64,000 nucleotides of DNA from NCBI GenBank assembly GCA_964035545.1, contig OZ037768.1, positions 12,409,675-12,473,674 on the forward strand. The letters run 5' to 3'. The notes below the pieces were generated by a model. It did not search any database and was not told the origin of the DNA. It saw only the letters and a program-made list of their open reading frames with translations. The position numbers were made by a program, and so were the translations under genes. The stretch comes from Bugula neritina (lineage: Eukaryota; Animalia; Bryozoa). Shown piece by piece: positions 27,769-38,949 of this stretch (the stretch's first letter is position 1; every line of letters begins with the position of its first letter).

Positions 27769-28346
27769 TATTTTACTAAAGTTTTTTCTGATGAAATTCC
27801 CTCTGAAGTGAAAATAAAAAACATTTTCAGTTTATAAACAGTAATGATAATGGCGTACCGTAGAACCGAGTGATGTGCGTTTGATTTAGCCTTCCTCTGC
27901 TATCAGTGATGGCACAAACTGTACAGCTAAAACATGATATTTTCTGTAGATCTGAAATAATATTTTTATTTATTTGTAATATTAAATAAATATAGATCAG
28001 ATAGAACAAAATTTGCAAAGTTTCAATATATTTGTTGTGCCCCACCCAGTGGCCCATTGTACCCTGGTACCGGGGCACAATTGTCATGAAAATTTAACTA
28101 TTTTGAAAGTTGTGAGAGAGATAGAAACAACAAACTGATACCTGTAATAGACAACAGATGCAGCATTAAGACTAGAGATTATTGAACTAGTAACTTGAAA
28201 AACAGACGAATGAGAGCAAAAACTTTAAAGTTCTACCCTTTGTGCCCCCCCCCTCCCCCAGTCACCCCTATATTATAATATTATGTTGGTGAATAACGTT
28301 ATGGCCAGCGGAAGTATAACATCCTGTATCCCCTGCTAAACACAAC

Positions 28347-28491
<145 letters not shown>

Positions 28492-29819
28492 GAGTGGCTG
28501 CCCAAGTGTTTAAAGGACAAACCCTGAGCTAGCCCACACTGTTATTCAGTAGCTTCTTTTAATACCGTACTCTTTTCTTTACTTGATGTAACTTTTGCAA
28601 AATGTAGTTTTTCTTACTTGTATTATTCTTGCTATCTGTCACCAATATTGCAGCATACCACTGATAGCTGACACAGGCACACAGGCACATAACCCTACGT
28701 GATTAGATCATCTTAATAACCCACATGTAGTTAGTTATCCTCATAAATTTGCAACGTTACATCATGTACTAGTTTCTAGCTCTGATCACTGCTTGTATTT
28801 AGTAGCTCACAATTTACTCACTGTCAACAAAGCTCATTTGAAAAAAATTCAAGTGGGTTTGAAAATAGTTGCTAATAAACATTATGACCAGTAACTGCTT
28901 GCACTGTGCAGAGACTTGAAGATTCAAATACTTGATTTTAATTCCAGTTTAATGACTTTACTTTGAAATACTTTGAAAACAAATCTGTTCTAACGTTTAA
29001 AATATTATGGAAAAACAGCAAATTTGCATCAATGTTTTACAAAACTAAAATGTTTGCTACTGAGTCCTATTATATTATATTGATCGAAGCTAGAGAAATA
29101 GTAGATTCAAACAACTTCTAAATTGGATCTAGAATACCATTGTTGTATGACATCATCTTTATTTGTGTACATTCTTACAGAAAGCATTATTGTCATGAAG
29201 CTATGTTGAGTGTTAATATACTTATACTGCAAGAGTTATATTAGGATTATTCAGAGACTTTTGGACTTCAATCATCAGTTTGGGTAAAGTTTGCATGAAA
29301 TAAATACTCAATAAATTAGAAGTAATTATAGAACGAGTTTTAGTAATTGGAAAATTTGGAACATTCACTGAAGAAAACAGAACAACAAATGCAAGTAACA
29401 TTTTCCAACCTCAATGTGAATGTGAATATAAGTTCAACCAAGTAGATTTACATGTAACGAGAGATGTTTGGGAGTAGCAAGCCTCATCTGGAAGAATATA
29501 GCCATCAGAGAGCCAAGTATTACAAATCTCAGTCTTATACAAACTACCGGCTTGACCATCACCAGCCAGCTGGATGGAATATTTTAGATTATTACTAAAG
29601 AGAAACTGGTTTTCATATAATAGGTGATGGTCCTATATTCATACTGAGACAACAGATAGCATCTATAATGTGATGGAATAACTGCAAGTACGCACATAAC
29701 TCAACGTTATTGCAAGAAACATGCTCTATGCTTCAAATTTGTGGGAGCATGGAATCGGGCCATGCAAACTTGGAAAACTTACCAATTTTTTATCTATCTT
29801 CATGCTAAAAAAACTTAAA

Positions 29820-30371
29820 ATTTCCTTCTGCTTTATATTTTGGAAGAAAATTGATCATATTAAGTTGACCGCAATGTCTGTCAGCTGAAGAGCAACCGGT
29901 TCTAGCAGTTGAGGAGAGACTAGCACCATACTTTGACAGAATCTCTGCTATGAGAGCATGGTTTTTTTGCATGCACAAGTGCATTGGGGTTATTCATTCC
30001 TAAAATGTATTATAGCAGTGGTATATTAACCAAACTTCTGCTTCAATTTTTGACAAACATTTTACAATGTTTACCTGACCACTATGTCTGTCAGCTGAAG
30101 AAAAACCGGCTCTGGAAGTTGAACAAAGACTAGCACCATACTTCAAGAGGATCTCTTCTACAAGGATGCGATCTTCTTCCATACTTAGATGCATTGGTGT
30201 TACTCCATTCTAATGGAGGGCCTGAAAAGTCAAATACTAAACCTATACTTAGTAATTCCAGGGTTTTTGTTTCCATGTAAATTGTCAAAGTTGACATTCT
30301 TCTGACAATCAGTTGTGCTGTAAACAGCCAGAATGGTCTTTTTCTTTTTCAGTGTGAAAACACTTATGTAC
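29820..30371 (-). pseudogene. Inverted ankyrin exon cluster, copy 2 (two units; upstream exon truncated)
   Basis: Units start at 30209 (NGVTPMHLSMEEDRIL..) and 29999 (begins GAA TGA, a stop). The paralog of exon 10531-10402 is cut at 30371. Confidence 0.75.
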
Positions 30372-30753
30372 AGAATGGTATATATTAGGAGTGTTGACAT
30401 TAGGAAATCTTATGGAGTCATATGGGCGCCATTATGCCGAGATTGGTACCGCGAGTTTATATAAGTTATAAAGGAAAAATTTTGTCACTTTAGTTATTTT
30501 ATTTTTTTTCTATTTCATGTGTACATTTTTTTTAGTTTTGTTTATTGGTAAAGTTTTTAAACACATTTTGAAGCACATAAAATTAAAATAAAAATTGAAA
30601 CTCAATCATGCACGCATATACAAAGCTATAAAGTTTAAGGTTCGCTGTGATTACATTGTGAATAATGCTTGCAATAACCATTTTACACAAAATACGTGAC
30701 AGTTGCTATAAATGTCAGACTAGTAAATTGGATGCAAGTAGACATGTTAATAT

Positions 30754-31174
30754 TGTAGTTAATTTCACAATTCACTATATTATGTAAGGGTCGACTTAAA
30801 CAAAGCCACTACACCAGGTTGTTTAGGCTATGATAAGTTTATTATTTACACGATACAAGAAGTTCTAATTACTGCTAAACACGAATAGAAACGATTATAT
30901 AATAAGTGAGCATTTATACACAACTACTCTAAATGAAGTCCCAAGCTGCTCTGCCCTGCTAGCTACTCAGCGCGCTTCCACTACGAGTAGCTAGCTCCAC
31001 CTGCTATTAATTAGTGTGTCAGTCCTGATTGGTTGTTACTGGTGGTGCCACTGTTGGCTATAGCTACAAGTCGCAAGAGGTCGATGTAGTCGATCTCCAC
31101 CATAGCATACAATATAGAGTCGACCCTTTCGATATAATAACTAGCAATAAATTGCACCACTAAAATCCATTACA
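30754..31174 (-). repeat. 3' LTR of element A
   Basis: Homologous to 32805-33175 and to 38805-38839. Confidence 0.85.
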
Positions 31175-31184
31175 CTCTCCACAC

Positions 31185-31575
31185 CTATCGAAAGGTACAC
31201 TCTGTGTTGTTTCAGAAATGGCATGCCCAAGATGGCATCCTCCTTGAGTTGACTGACGATGAAGGTCTCACTGATCGTCTGATCACGGACTCTACCAGTC
31301 AACTAGATTACCCCATAGAAAGGAATACACGACCCGTCCGCCAACGTGCCGTGCTCCCCTTCATATGGTTCTAGGCTAGCCCTGTCCCTGGCACTGAGAG
31401 TGTCGAATAGACGTCGACTCAGTAGATTTGTGGTGCACCCAGTATCCAACAGGAATGTGACAGCTTTGCCAGCAAGTTTGCCGGAGAGGAAATAGCTGCT
31501 TCCATATGGCTGGGCACTCACTGAGCGATTTGTCTCTTGAGGCGACACCTCATGTGCATGGAGTTGGGGATGCAC
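31185..31575 (-). pseudogene. Retropepsin aspartic protease of element A
   Basis: GSSYFLSGKLAGKAVTFLLDTGCTTNLLS...FYGVI*LTGRVRDQTISETFIVSQLKEDAILGMPFL; one internal stop; runs directly into the PPT/LTR. Confidence 0.88.
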
Positions 31576-31857
31576 CTGTGCTTTTCGGTTGCAAGGGGGT
31601 CATCGACGTTGCATGGGCGGGCAGGGTACGTCTCGGTCTCGCTCACACACGGGCGGCCGAGTGAATTCTCGGACTGATGCTTGTGTGGGCAACCGAGGAA
31701 AATCCCTGTTGTGCTCCCACTCGTCGTTCACTCGCTCATCAAGCAAACCTTCAAAGCGGTTTTTGAGTGCCCAAGCCGGAGGTTTTGGTGGGCCTTGCGG
31801 CCTACTCACCCTCCTTGGGGTTTGGGCCTTGGCCTCTGCCTTGAGGGGTTTAACTGG

Positions 31858-31901
31858 GGCCCACGGTCGGCGGAAGTTACCGTGGGCCGTCGCTGTTTAA
31901 C
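31858..31901 (-). promoter_or_regulatory. Putative -1 ribosomal frameshift signal of element A
   Basis: G TTA AAC in the gag frame, a 6-nt spacer, then a perfect 10-bp stem GGCCCACGGT / ACCGTGGGCC. Confidence 0.7.
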
Positions 31902-32749
31902 CGCCTCCCACTGCCGCGGGGGCAACTTCGTATGAAGTGCCCACCACTACCACAGCCCCAGCATACGGGGCCGCGCCTGTCGTCGACAGCTACCGACGAC
32001 CTCCTGGGTCACTCGGCTGTCGCCTGCTGGCGCAGTTGCCTGATCTCGGCTAGCAGTTCTTGAATCAAGCTCGTGGTCAAGCTAGTAGATTCGTCTGCTG
32101 CTGCCGCTGCGACCTGTACAGCTGTCTTCGCCGGCGACGTCGACACGTCGTCTGCCCCGACCTGCTGTACTGTCGCACCAGGTCGACTCGCACTGTCGGC
32201 TTGGAAATAGGCATTCCCAAGCCTTAGAGCTCTCTCCATAGTCTCAACTTCGGCCACCAGCAGATGCTGTTTCAGACCGAGGTTGTTAATAGACTGGAGG
32301 AATGCATCCAGTGCTAGGCTCTGTCGACTGTCGGCAGGCAAGTCGCTGTAAGCAACTTGTGCCAGTCGTTCGACTGCGGTAGCATGCTCTCGCAGATTGG
32401 TCTTAGGATTTCTCCTAAGACTCTGCAGTTGCACGCGAGCATCTCGAGCGGTTAATCCAAACCGAGCTCGTAGTGCTTCAAATATGTCACCGACATTCTG
32501 GCTTACCCCATAGGGTTTAGCCGGCCCTGTCAGACATAACCGCAGCTGGATCAGAGTAACCCTATTCGGCCATCCGCAGATGTCCGCCACATCACTAAAC
32601 TCAGTGATGAATTGCTCCACATCTTCTTCCCCTGAGAAGATGGGAGCCCGCAAGTGGTACCTGTCCATAGGCAGCGCTGGGCCGCCTATGTGATCCTCCT
32701 CTATTGCTGCTGGCTCCTGTCTAGGTGCGTCGACGACTTCGTCGGCCAT
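31877..32749 (-). pseudogene. Gag of element A with CCHC zinc knuckle
   Basis: MADEVV..LRAPIFSGEEDVEQFITEF..; the TGA at 32009 (likely CGA>TGA) is followed in frame by CWGCGSGGHFIRSC and RRLNSDGPR*. Confidence 0.88.
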
Positions 32750-32784
32750 CTTACTCCCTGGCCAGGAGCATTTGTAGTAAGTGG

Positions 32785-32803
32785 AATCCCACCGCTGCCA
32801 CCA
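32785..32803 (-). promoter_or_regulatory. Primer-binding site (tRNA-Leu) of element A
   Basis: TGGTGGCAGCGGTGGGATT, 1 nt inside the 5' LTR; complementary to the ..AATCCCACCGCTGCCACCA 3' end typical of tRNA-Leu(AAG/TAG). Confidence 0.8.
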
Positions 32804-33264
32804 CTGTAGTGAATTTTGCCAGTTCACTATTATTATGTGTGGGTCAACTTAAACAAAGCCACTGCACCAGGTTGTTTACGCTAAGATAACTTTATTATTT
32901 ACACAAATACAAGAAGGTTATTTACTGCTAGCATGAATAGAAAACGATTACAAAATTAGTGAGCTTTAATACACAACTACTCTAAATGAAATCCCAAGCT
33001 GCTCTGCCGGCTAGCTACTCAGCGCACTGCAACTACGAGTAGCTAGCTTCACCTGCTATTAATTAGAGTGTCAGTCCTGATTGGTCGTTACTAATGGTGC
33101 CACTGCTGACCATAGTTACAATCCGACGTAGTCGAACTCCACTATAGTATACAATGTAGCGTTGACCCTTTCGATGCTAATTAACGCCATAACCATAAGC
33201 GTAACGCTATCGTCTTCTACTGAGCACACTAACTGTCTATTCTGCGTACGGTTGTTAATTCTAT

Positions 33265-33616
33265 TGTAGTGAGTCATGCAAGTACAAATACGGGAATTGC
33301 CTTCGCTCCATTCTGGGAATACTAAGACCCTTATGTAGCAACCAATTAGCAGCACCGGAAAATATGCTTCCGACTCACGTGACACTTCCCGGGTTATTAA
33401 CAATTGATCACGTTGTTGTAAGCGGAGGCTTGAAGTAGAAGCATGTGTTAGTAGTTGACTGATGTATAGGATAATTTGATGTGATGTTTACTTTATGCTT
33501 TATTGTGGATAATAAATATAATTACTCGACAGCTACCCTAGTAATTGCTAGCAGAATAACCAAATAACTATACGCAAGTAGATAACTCACGCACAGTATT
33601 TGCACAAATTACTACA
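33265..33616 (+). repeat. 5' LTR of element B
   Basis: TGTAGT..ACTACA; direct repeat of 38281-38632. Confidence 0.95.
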
Positions 33617-33617
33617 G

Positions 33618-33635
33618 TGGTGGCAGCAGTGGGAT
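33618..33635 (+). promoter_or_regulatory. Primer-binding site (tRNA-Leu) of element B
   Basis: TGGTGGCAGCAGTGGGAT immediately after the 5' LTR; one mismatch to element A's PBS. Confidence 0.8.
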
Positions 33636-33651
33636 CTTGTGTATAGCAGTC

Positions 33652-34603
33652 ATGGCAGAAGACGGCACGGAGCTACTCATTCCACTGAATAAAGGTGAGA
33701 GAGATAATGTTGATATACCTGTAGAACCAGTGGTGTTAGAAGAAGAAGTGAGAATTCCTAGAGAGCATGGTGAAGACAGATACCGGCTGAAGGCGCCCAC
33801 CTTCACAGGCGAAGAAGCAGTGGAGCAGTTTATCCAAGAATTCCAAGATGTGATGGAGATTGCACAGTGGCCGCCAAGGGTGGCGTTGCTCAAGCTCAGG
33901 ATGGCGCTGACAGACACGGCTAAGCCGTACGGAGCGGGACCTGACATAGACGGAATCTTTGCTTCTCTGCGGGCCCCGCTTTGGCATCTCCCTCATAGAT
34001 GCGTGGGCTCGTCTACAAAGGCTGCGGCGTGATCCTCACACGTCACTACAAGAGCACGCTGCCACGGTGTACCCACTAGCGCAGATCGCGTTCCGCGATC
34101 TGCCTCCAGTACACCGTGAGAGGTATACTTATGATGCCTTCGTGCAGTCCATCAACGACTTGGGGCTCCACCATCAATTCCAAGCGAGGGGAGTCACCAC
34201 GGTCGAAGATGCACTTGCGGTGGGAGAAGCCTACCTCATGGCGACTCATATGCACCGCAACCGCGTGGCCTCCCGCCAGGTGACCACGGAGCACACTACT
34301 GCTCGTACCGAACCAAACGCGGAACCCTCCGCGGTGGCTAATGTGAACCAGATGTCACTAGCATTAAAAGTCGCACAGATGACTGACATACTAGATAAAC
34401 TGGTCGCCACATTAGCTCCCCCAAGCCAGGTAGATACCGCCCGTGAGCCTTGCGGGCCGCAGGTACAATCACCAGGCATGGGGCACAACTTCTGCTGGGG
34501 ATGCGGAAGGCCAGGACATTTCCGGAGGAACTGCCCTCAACTCCAACAAGGGTTAAACTACCACGGCCCGCAGATGTTCCCACCTCCTGCGGGCCGTCTG
34601 TAA
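33652..34603 (+). CDS. Gag of element B (one 1-bp frameshift near 33975)
   Basis: MAEDG..LKAPTFTGEEAVEQFIQEF..ASLRA / RFGISLIDA..CWGCGRPGHFRRNCP; homologous to element A gag; extra C in gggccccgc. Confidence 0.88.
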
Positions 34604-34616
34604 ATCACCCAGGGAG
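34552..34616 (+). promoter_or_regulatory. Putative -1 frameshift signal of element B (slippery site + hairpin/pseudoknot)
   Basis: G TTA AAC at 34552-34558; stem ACGGCCCGCAG (34563-73) / CTGCGGGCCGT (34587-97); loop UUCCC could pair with GGGAG at 34612-16. The protease ORF lies in the -1 frame. Confidence 0.75.
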
Positions 34617-35916
34617 GCCCGCACATCTGCCGCTCCGCTGGGCGCCGCGCGGAGATGCTGTGAAGTGGCGACCCCCGCGGCAAGTAGGCTCCAGCCACTC
34701 GCCGCCTGGGTCCTCTACGCCACTCCAACACCAACACGGAGCCGGCAGACGGTTGACCTCAGAGCCTGCGAGGGAAACGGTACAGGCGCCGCAAGGCGTA
34801 CCGCCCCAACCTCGGCAGCTGGTCAATAGTCGTCGCCAACCGTGGACCCCTCGACCCACAGCGAGGGAGGTGCAACCACGGCACACACAGCTGCAGCCAC
34901 ACGGAAGTAGCTACTTCCTGCCAGGAAAGCTAGCCGGCAAGCCTGCCAACTTCCTCCTGGACTCAGGCTGCACCACCAACCTCCTTAGCCGTCAATTCTT
35001 TGACACCCTCAGCGCTAAGGTCAAGGACGGGTTGGCACCGTATGAGGGGGATCATGGCACCCTGGCAGACGGGTCGTGCATTCCCTTCTACGGCATTATT
35101 GAGCTAACTGGTTACGTCCGTAACCAGGCCATCCAAGAGACGTTTATCGTCGGGCAGCTCAACGAGGACGCTATCCTCGGGATGCCATTCTTACAACGAC
35201 ACGGATGTCGCATCGATTTCAGTAAATCTGCGATGATCATGGGCGACAGGGAGCTCGCTTGTGTCGATAAGTTTGGTCGTCCTCTAGCGGGAGCAGTGCA
35301 GGTAGTACGGAGCTGTACTATACCAGGCCACTCCCGGGTTACCGCCCGCTGCAAAGTAGACGGTGGCCAAACCTCTAAGTTGGGAGTTGTCGAAAGTACG
35401 CACTCAAGAATCCAACTTGCCCATAGCTTTAGCCGGCTTACGGGACAAGGAGAGATCTCAGTGCAGTGCGTCAACCCCTCCTCAGAGACAGTAGACCTAT
35501 CACCCAGGTCCATGCTGGGCCGCTTCCATCCTGTCCAGGAGGAAGCCATTGGGCCGTCGTCGGGAGCTACGACGGAAGGTTCTCAGCAGAGCCCGTCTCA
35601 AGGGTGGAGGACCGTCCCAACCCACACCTCCCATCCTCCAGGGACGGGTGGCTACACAGGCAACGGGAAGCGCCAGGCTATGGCTAGGTTGCCACATGGG
35701 TACAGTGAGGCGCTCCGCTACACAGACCGCGACGCCCGCCTAAATAGAGCAGGCTGTCGTGAGGTACCAAGGGCGGCGAAGACCGCCCCTGCTCAGCAAC
35801 TCCAACAGAGGGCTGACACGCCCCCGGAGGCTGTCCAGAGCCTCGCGCCAAACCTGTATGGGCTGGTAACGTTAGGGAGCTGCCGAAGCTCCAGGAAAGC
35901 CTTCCTGGGGTGGTAG
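34552..35916 (+). CDS. Protease-containing pol remnant of element B
   Basis: FLLDSGCTTNLLS and DAILGMPFL, followed by the post-protease region and a decayed pre-RT segment; no YxDD motif. Confidence 0.85.
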   Translation, partial: VKLPRPADVPTSCGPSVNHPGRPAHLPLRWAPRGDAVKWRPPRQVGSSHSPPGSSTPLQHQHGAGRRLTSEPARETVQAPQGVPPQPRQLVNSRRQPWTPRPTAREVQPRHTQLQPHGSSYFLPGKLAGKPANFLLDSGCTTNLLSRQFFDTLSAKVKDGLAPYEGDHGTLADGSCIPFYGIIELTGYVRNQAIQETFIVGQLNEDAILGMPFLQRHGCRIDFSKSAMIMGDRELACVDKFGRPLAGAVQVVRSCTIPGHSRVTARCKVDGGQTSKLGVVESTHSRIQLAHSFSRLTGQGEISVQCVNPSSETVDLSPRSMLGRFHPVQEEAIGPSSGATTEGSQQSPSQGWRTVPTHTSHPPGTGGYTGNGKRQAMARLPHGYSEALRYTDRDARLNRAGCREVPRAAKTAPAQQLQQRADTPPEAVQSLAPNLYGLVTLGSCRSSRKAFLGW

Positions 35917-36659
35917 TCGACATGTACCGAGCGAAACAGGAAGGGGGACGACCCAGTAGTAAACAACGGCAACAGGGATGCGCCGAATTACGGCTGTACT
36001 GTCAACGTTGGAACTCTCTGCGGGTCGGGCCAGATGGTCTGCTGACCATGACCTTGGCCGCCAACAGCAGACAGCCAGCCAGGAAGAGGGTCGTCTGCCC
36101 AGCTGCCATCCGCCGGGAGTTGATACAAGACACCCACGAGAAGACTCACGGAGGAGTCCAAGGGGTGGTCACCAAGCTACAACTCCGGTGGTACTGGCCC
36201 AACATGGAGCGGGATATCCGGCGCAGAGTGAGACGGTGCGAAGTCTGCCAGACCAACAAGCATAGCCGTCTCCCTGGTAAAGCGGGGCGGCAGACGCATT
36301 GTGCGAGGAGGTCTTGGCAAGCGGAGACTGTCGTCCTGGCCGGAAACACCTCCATGACACCTCAGGAAGACTTGGCGAGGCGAGAAAGGCCACTTCCGTC
36401 CTTGAAAGTGCGCCCACCGCCCCCAACGTCAAGCCTGCCATCACCACCACTTCCGGGACCAGAAACGGGTCCGGAAGTGCAAAAACCCCCCGTGGGAGGG
36501 GCTCCGCAAGGAGATACCAACGTAGGAACAACCGTCACAAACAGGCTGGAAAAACCACCCGTGAGACATAACAATCCACGGGTGAGCACACCGCCTCCCA
36601 CAGTGACGACGCCTCCAGGACCACACACTAGGCAACTTCCAGCGTGTCTCAGAGACTGA
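35910..36659 (+). pseudogene. Integrase HHCC zinc-binding remnant of element B (DDE core deleted)
   Basis: RVVCPAAIRRELIQDTHEKTHGGVQ..RWYWPNMERDIRRRVRRCEVCQ, then decayed SWQAETVVLAG and a Pro-rich tail. Confidence 0.8.
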
Positions 36660-36919
36660 GTACGTGACCGCGGTATAAGCGGCAGTAACGAAAGTCTAGA
36701 GAGGCCTCGCATGGGAAAACAGGCAAAGAGACGTGGAAGTTGTGAACACCACGGAAATCTCAACTTTTGCTTCGGCGGAATCTCACACGAGATTCATCCG
36801 CTGGAAGTGAAAAGCTCTAGTCACGTTTCACAACTACGCTGTCCGGTCTTTTCCTACGTTGATGCAGTCAAGAGTAGACGTGCCACTAAACAGTAATCAT
36901 TTACCGCTCTCATTCCAAA

Positions 36920-37977
36920 ATGTCTTACTATTCTGGATCGAAGGGTGAGTTAATTATGTTTTTGGTACGATAACTAGACTGCATCAGTCAGCTTTAGCTA
37001 CACTAGCTAGCGAGCTGGAGATTTGATAATGATAAACAGTGGTGGGAATACACGTCGACTTTGATTTTAAATAATCTGCCATAGCGAGTGTGTTCTCCAT
37101 CAACTATTCATTAGCCTGAATCTCACGAGTGTAACTGAACAGAGTACCGGTCAGGCTGTACACGCCGACGGTACCTCAGTGTATAATCTTTAACACTGCT
37201 ACTCTTTCAGATCACACTCGAGTGACCACCTCCCGGTCACGGGACCAGCCAACCTCTCTGCCTATGGAAGAAGAACCTGTAATGGAGAATGGCTTACCTG
37301 TGGTGCTTCGTCGACGACACCGCTGGGTGTCACCCACGACGGAAAGGAGAATTGAGGAAGCCTGGGGACCCAGTAGACCCCACCGGACCTGCCAGGTCTG
37401 CTTCGAGGAGTGCCCGTCACACCGCTCCCTGCGTCTGCATGTAGACGCCCATTTTCTACTCCACTTCTGCCCATGCGGGTTCCACGATGTATACCCGTAT
37501 CCTGTGATAGTCCATAAGCTGAGCTGCTTCGCCGGAGAGAACCATACTGTTGATGAGGACAGTTTCCCCCAATACCTGGACGCCATCAAGCCAGTCATCA
37601 AGAAGGCTATCACCCTGGCTGCACTAACGTCAGGGTTCCAAGTACTGCTGTTATCCGCCCGCCATAAGTCCCCTATGGTTCAGGGCCCGTCTCCTACCCC
37701 CGTCAACCCTAGCAACACCCCCGAATTAGAAGGAACAACAATACCCCCTCTAACAGAGACTACTACAACCCCGCCAAGGCCTAGCCAGCTGGCTAATGTA
37801 GAAGAGCGGCTTGTAAAACTACAAGCCGAGTTTACACAACTGGCCCCTGACCTGCTGGATACGACGATAGGTCTATACCAGCTGAAGGACTCAGTGGGGC
37901 GACTGAAGAGGCGGCTACGTGCCCGACAGGCTCGACACAGAGCACGCTCGCTACAAGAGTCAGAGTCCACCCAATGA
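36920..37977 (+). CDS. Predicted spliced accessory gene of element B: C2H2-type zinc fingers plus C-terminal coiled coil (263 aa)
   Basis: Exon 1 36920-36944 (aaaATG..AAG G|gtgagt), intron 36945-37210 (..ctctttcag), exon 2 37211-37977 in frame. Motifs CQVC-x12-HVDAH and CPCG..HKLSC; heptads LANVEERLVKLQAEF..LKDSVGRLKRRL. Confidence 0.7.
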
Positions 37978-38280
37978 GTATGCCTGAGGTAGGCACCTTT
38001 CGTTGAGCTATATTTCGTCTGGAAAGTGACGAGTGCTCCGATATTGGCCCGCGTGCTGGTAAGCACCCTCTCTCTTTATAGCTGACTAGATGTGTGTGTT
38101 CGATCACCCTGTTTACTTCTGTATATAAATGTTGTCGTACTCAACTATTTCTCTTCTCCCTTTTTGTGGGTTTACTTATGTATGTTTTTCTTTTTTGGAT
38201 TATTGTATTGTTTTTCTTTATGTGTTTTTTTTTATTGTGTTATCAGAAAGTAGGGCTTTCTGCTGGGGGGGGGGGGGCGG

Positions 38281-38632
38281 TGTAGTGAGTCATGCAAGTA
38301 CAAATACGGGAATCGCCCTCTCTCCATTCTGGGAATACTAAGACCCTTATGTAGCAACCAATTAGCAGCACCGAAAGATATGCTTCCGACTCACGTGACA
38401 CTTCCCGGGTTATTAACAATTGATCACGTTGTTGTAAGCGGAGGCTTGAAGTAGAAGCATGTGTTAGTAGTTGACTGATGTATAGGATAATTTGATGTGA
38501 TGTTTACTTTATGCTTTATTGTGGATAATAAATATAATTACTCGACAGCTACCCTAGTAATTGCTAGCAGAATAACCAAATAACTATACGCAAGTAGATA
38601 ACTCACGCACAGTAATTGCACAAATTACTACA
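38281..38632 (+). repeat. 3' LTR of element B
   Basis: Direct repeat of 33265-33616, followed by TSD CTAT. Confidence 0.95.
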
Positions 38633-38949
38633 CTATTTAACTAGTCCTGCCTTGTTTAACTGCGTGCATTAGTAGCTAGCAATAATTGTCCAGCCAAGTA
38701 CAAGAGAGATTGTACGCATTCCAATTGTCAGCTATTACGATAATTGATCTTTAATACTTATAGCCATTATGCCAAGCGTATAGAGAGCAAGCCACGAGAG
38801 TTATCCTTTCGATAATAACATAATCTAAAATCCATTACAATACTTCCACTGCAACGGGAAAAGTTAAAAAGCGGAAGCAGTTTTAATAATAGATTCGCAC
38901 CAACTAATTCGTCCATGCTTTGAAAATATAAAATGAAAGACTGCAAGTC

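Larger units (their letters stand above)
33265..38632 (+). mobile_element. Young non-autonomous Gypsy-like LTR element B (gag, protease, integrase zinc-binding remnant, spliced accessory gene; no RT/RNase H)
   Basis: 352-bp LTRs 33265-33616 and 38281-38632 with about 6 mismatches counted by eye. Perfect 4-bp TSD CTAT, PBS 33618-33635, G-rich PPT 38265-38280. Confidence 0.95.
30754..38839 (-). mobile_element. Non-autonomous Gypsy-like LTR element A (gag-protease only), interrupted by element B
   Basis: 3' LTR 30754-31174; 5' LTR 32805-33264 + 38637-38839. TG..CA ends and the shared terminus ctaaaatccattaca. Flanks atat/atac (near-TSD). tRNA-Leu PBS; PPT-like aggtgtggagag. Confidence 0.85.

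Noticed and set aside
31845-31860. Second G TTA AAC in element A suggesting tandem double -1 frameshifting
   Set aside because: Alignment with element B (GGG CCG TCT GTA AAT vs GGG CCC C-A GTT AAA) is better explained by a 1-bp deletion in a decayed copy.
33612-38107. Many antisense and alternative-frame ORFs inside element B (and 31589-31935 in A)
   Set aside because: Expected shadows of GC-rich coding sequence; no recognisable motifs.
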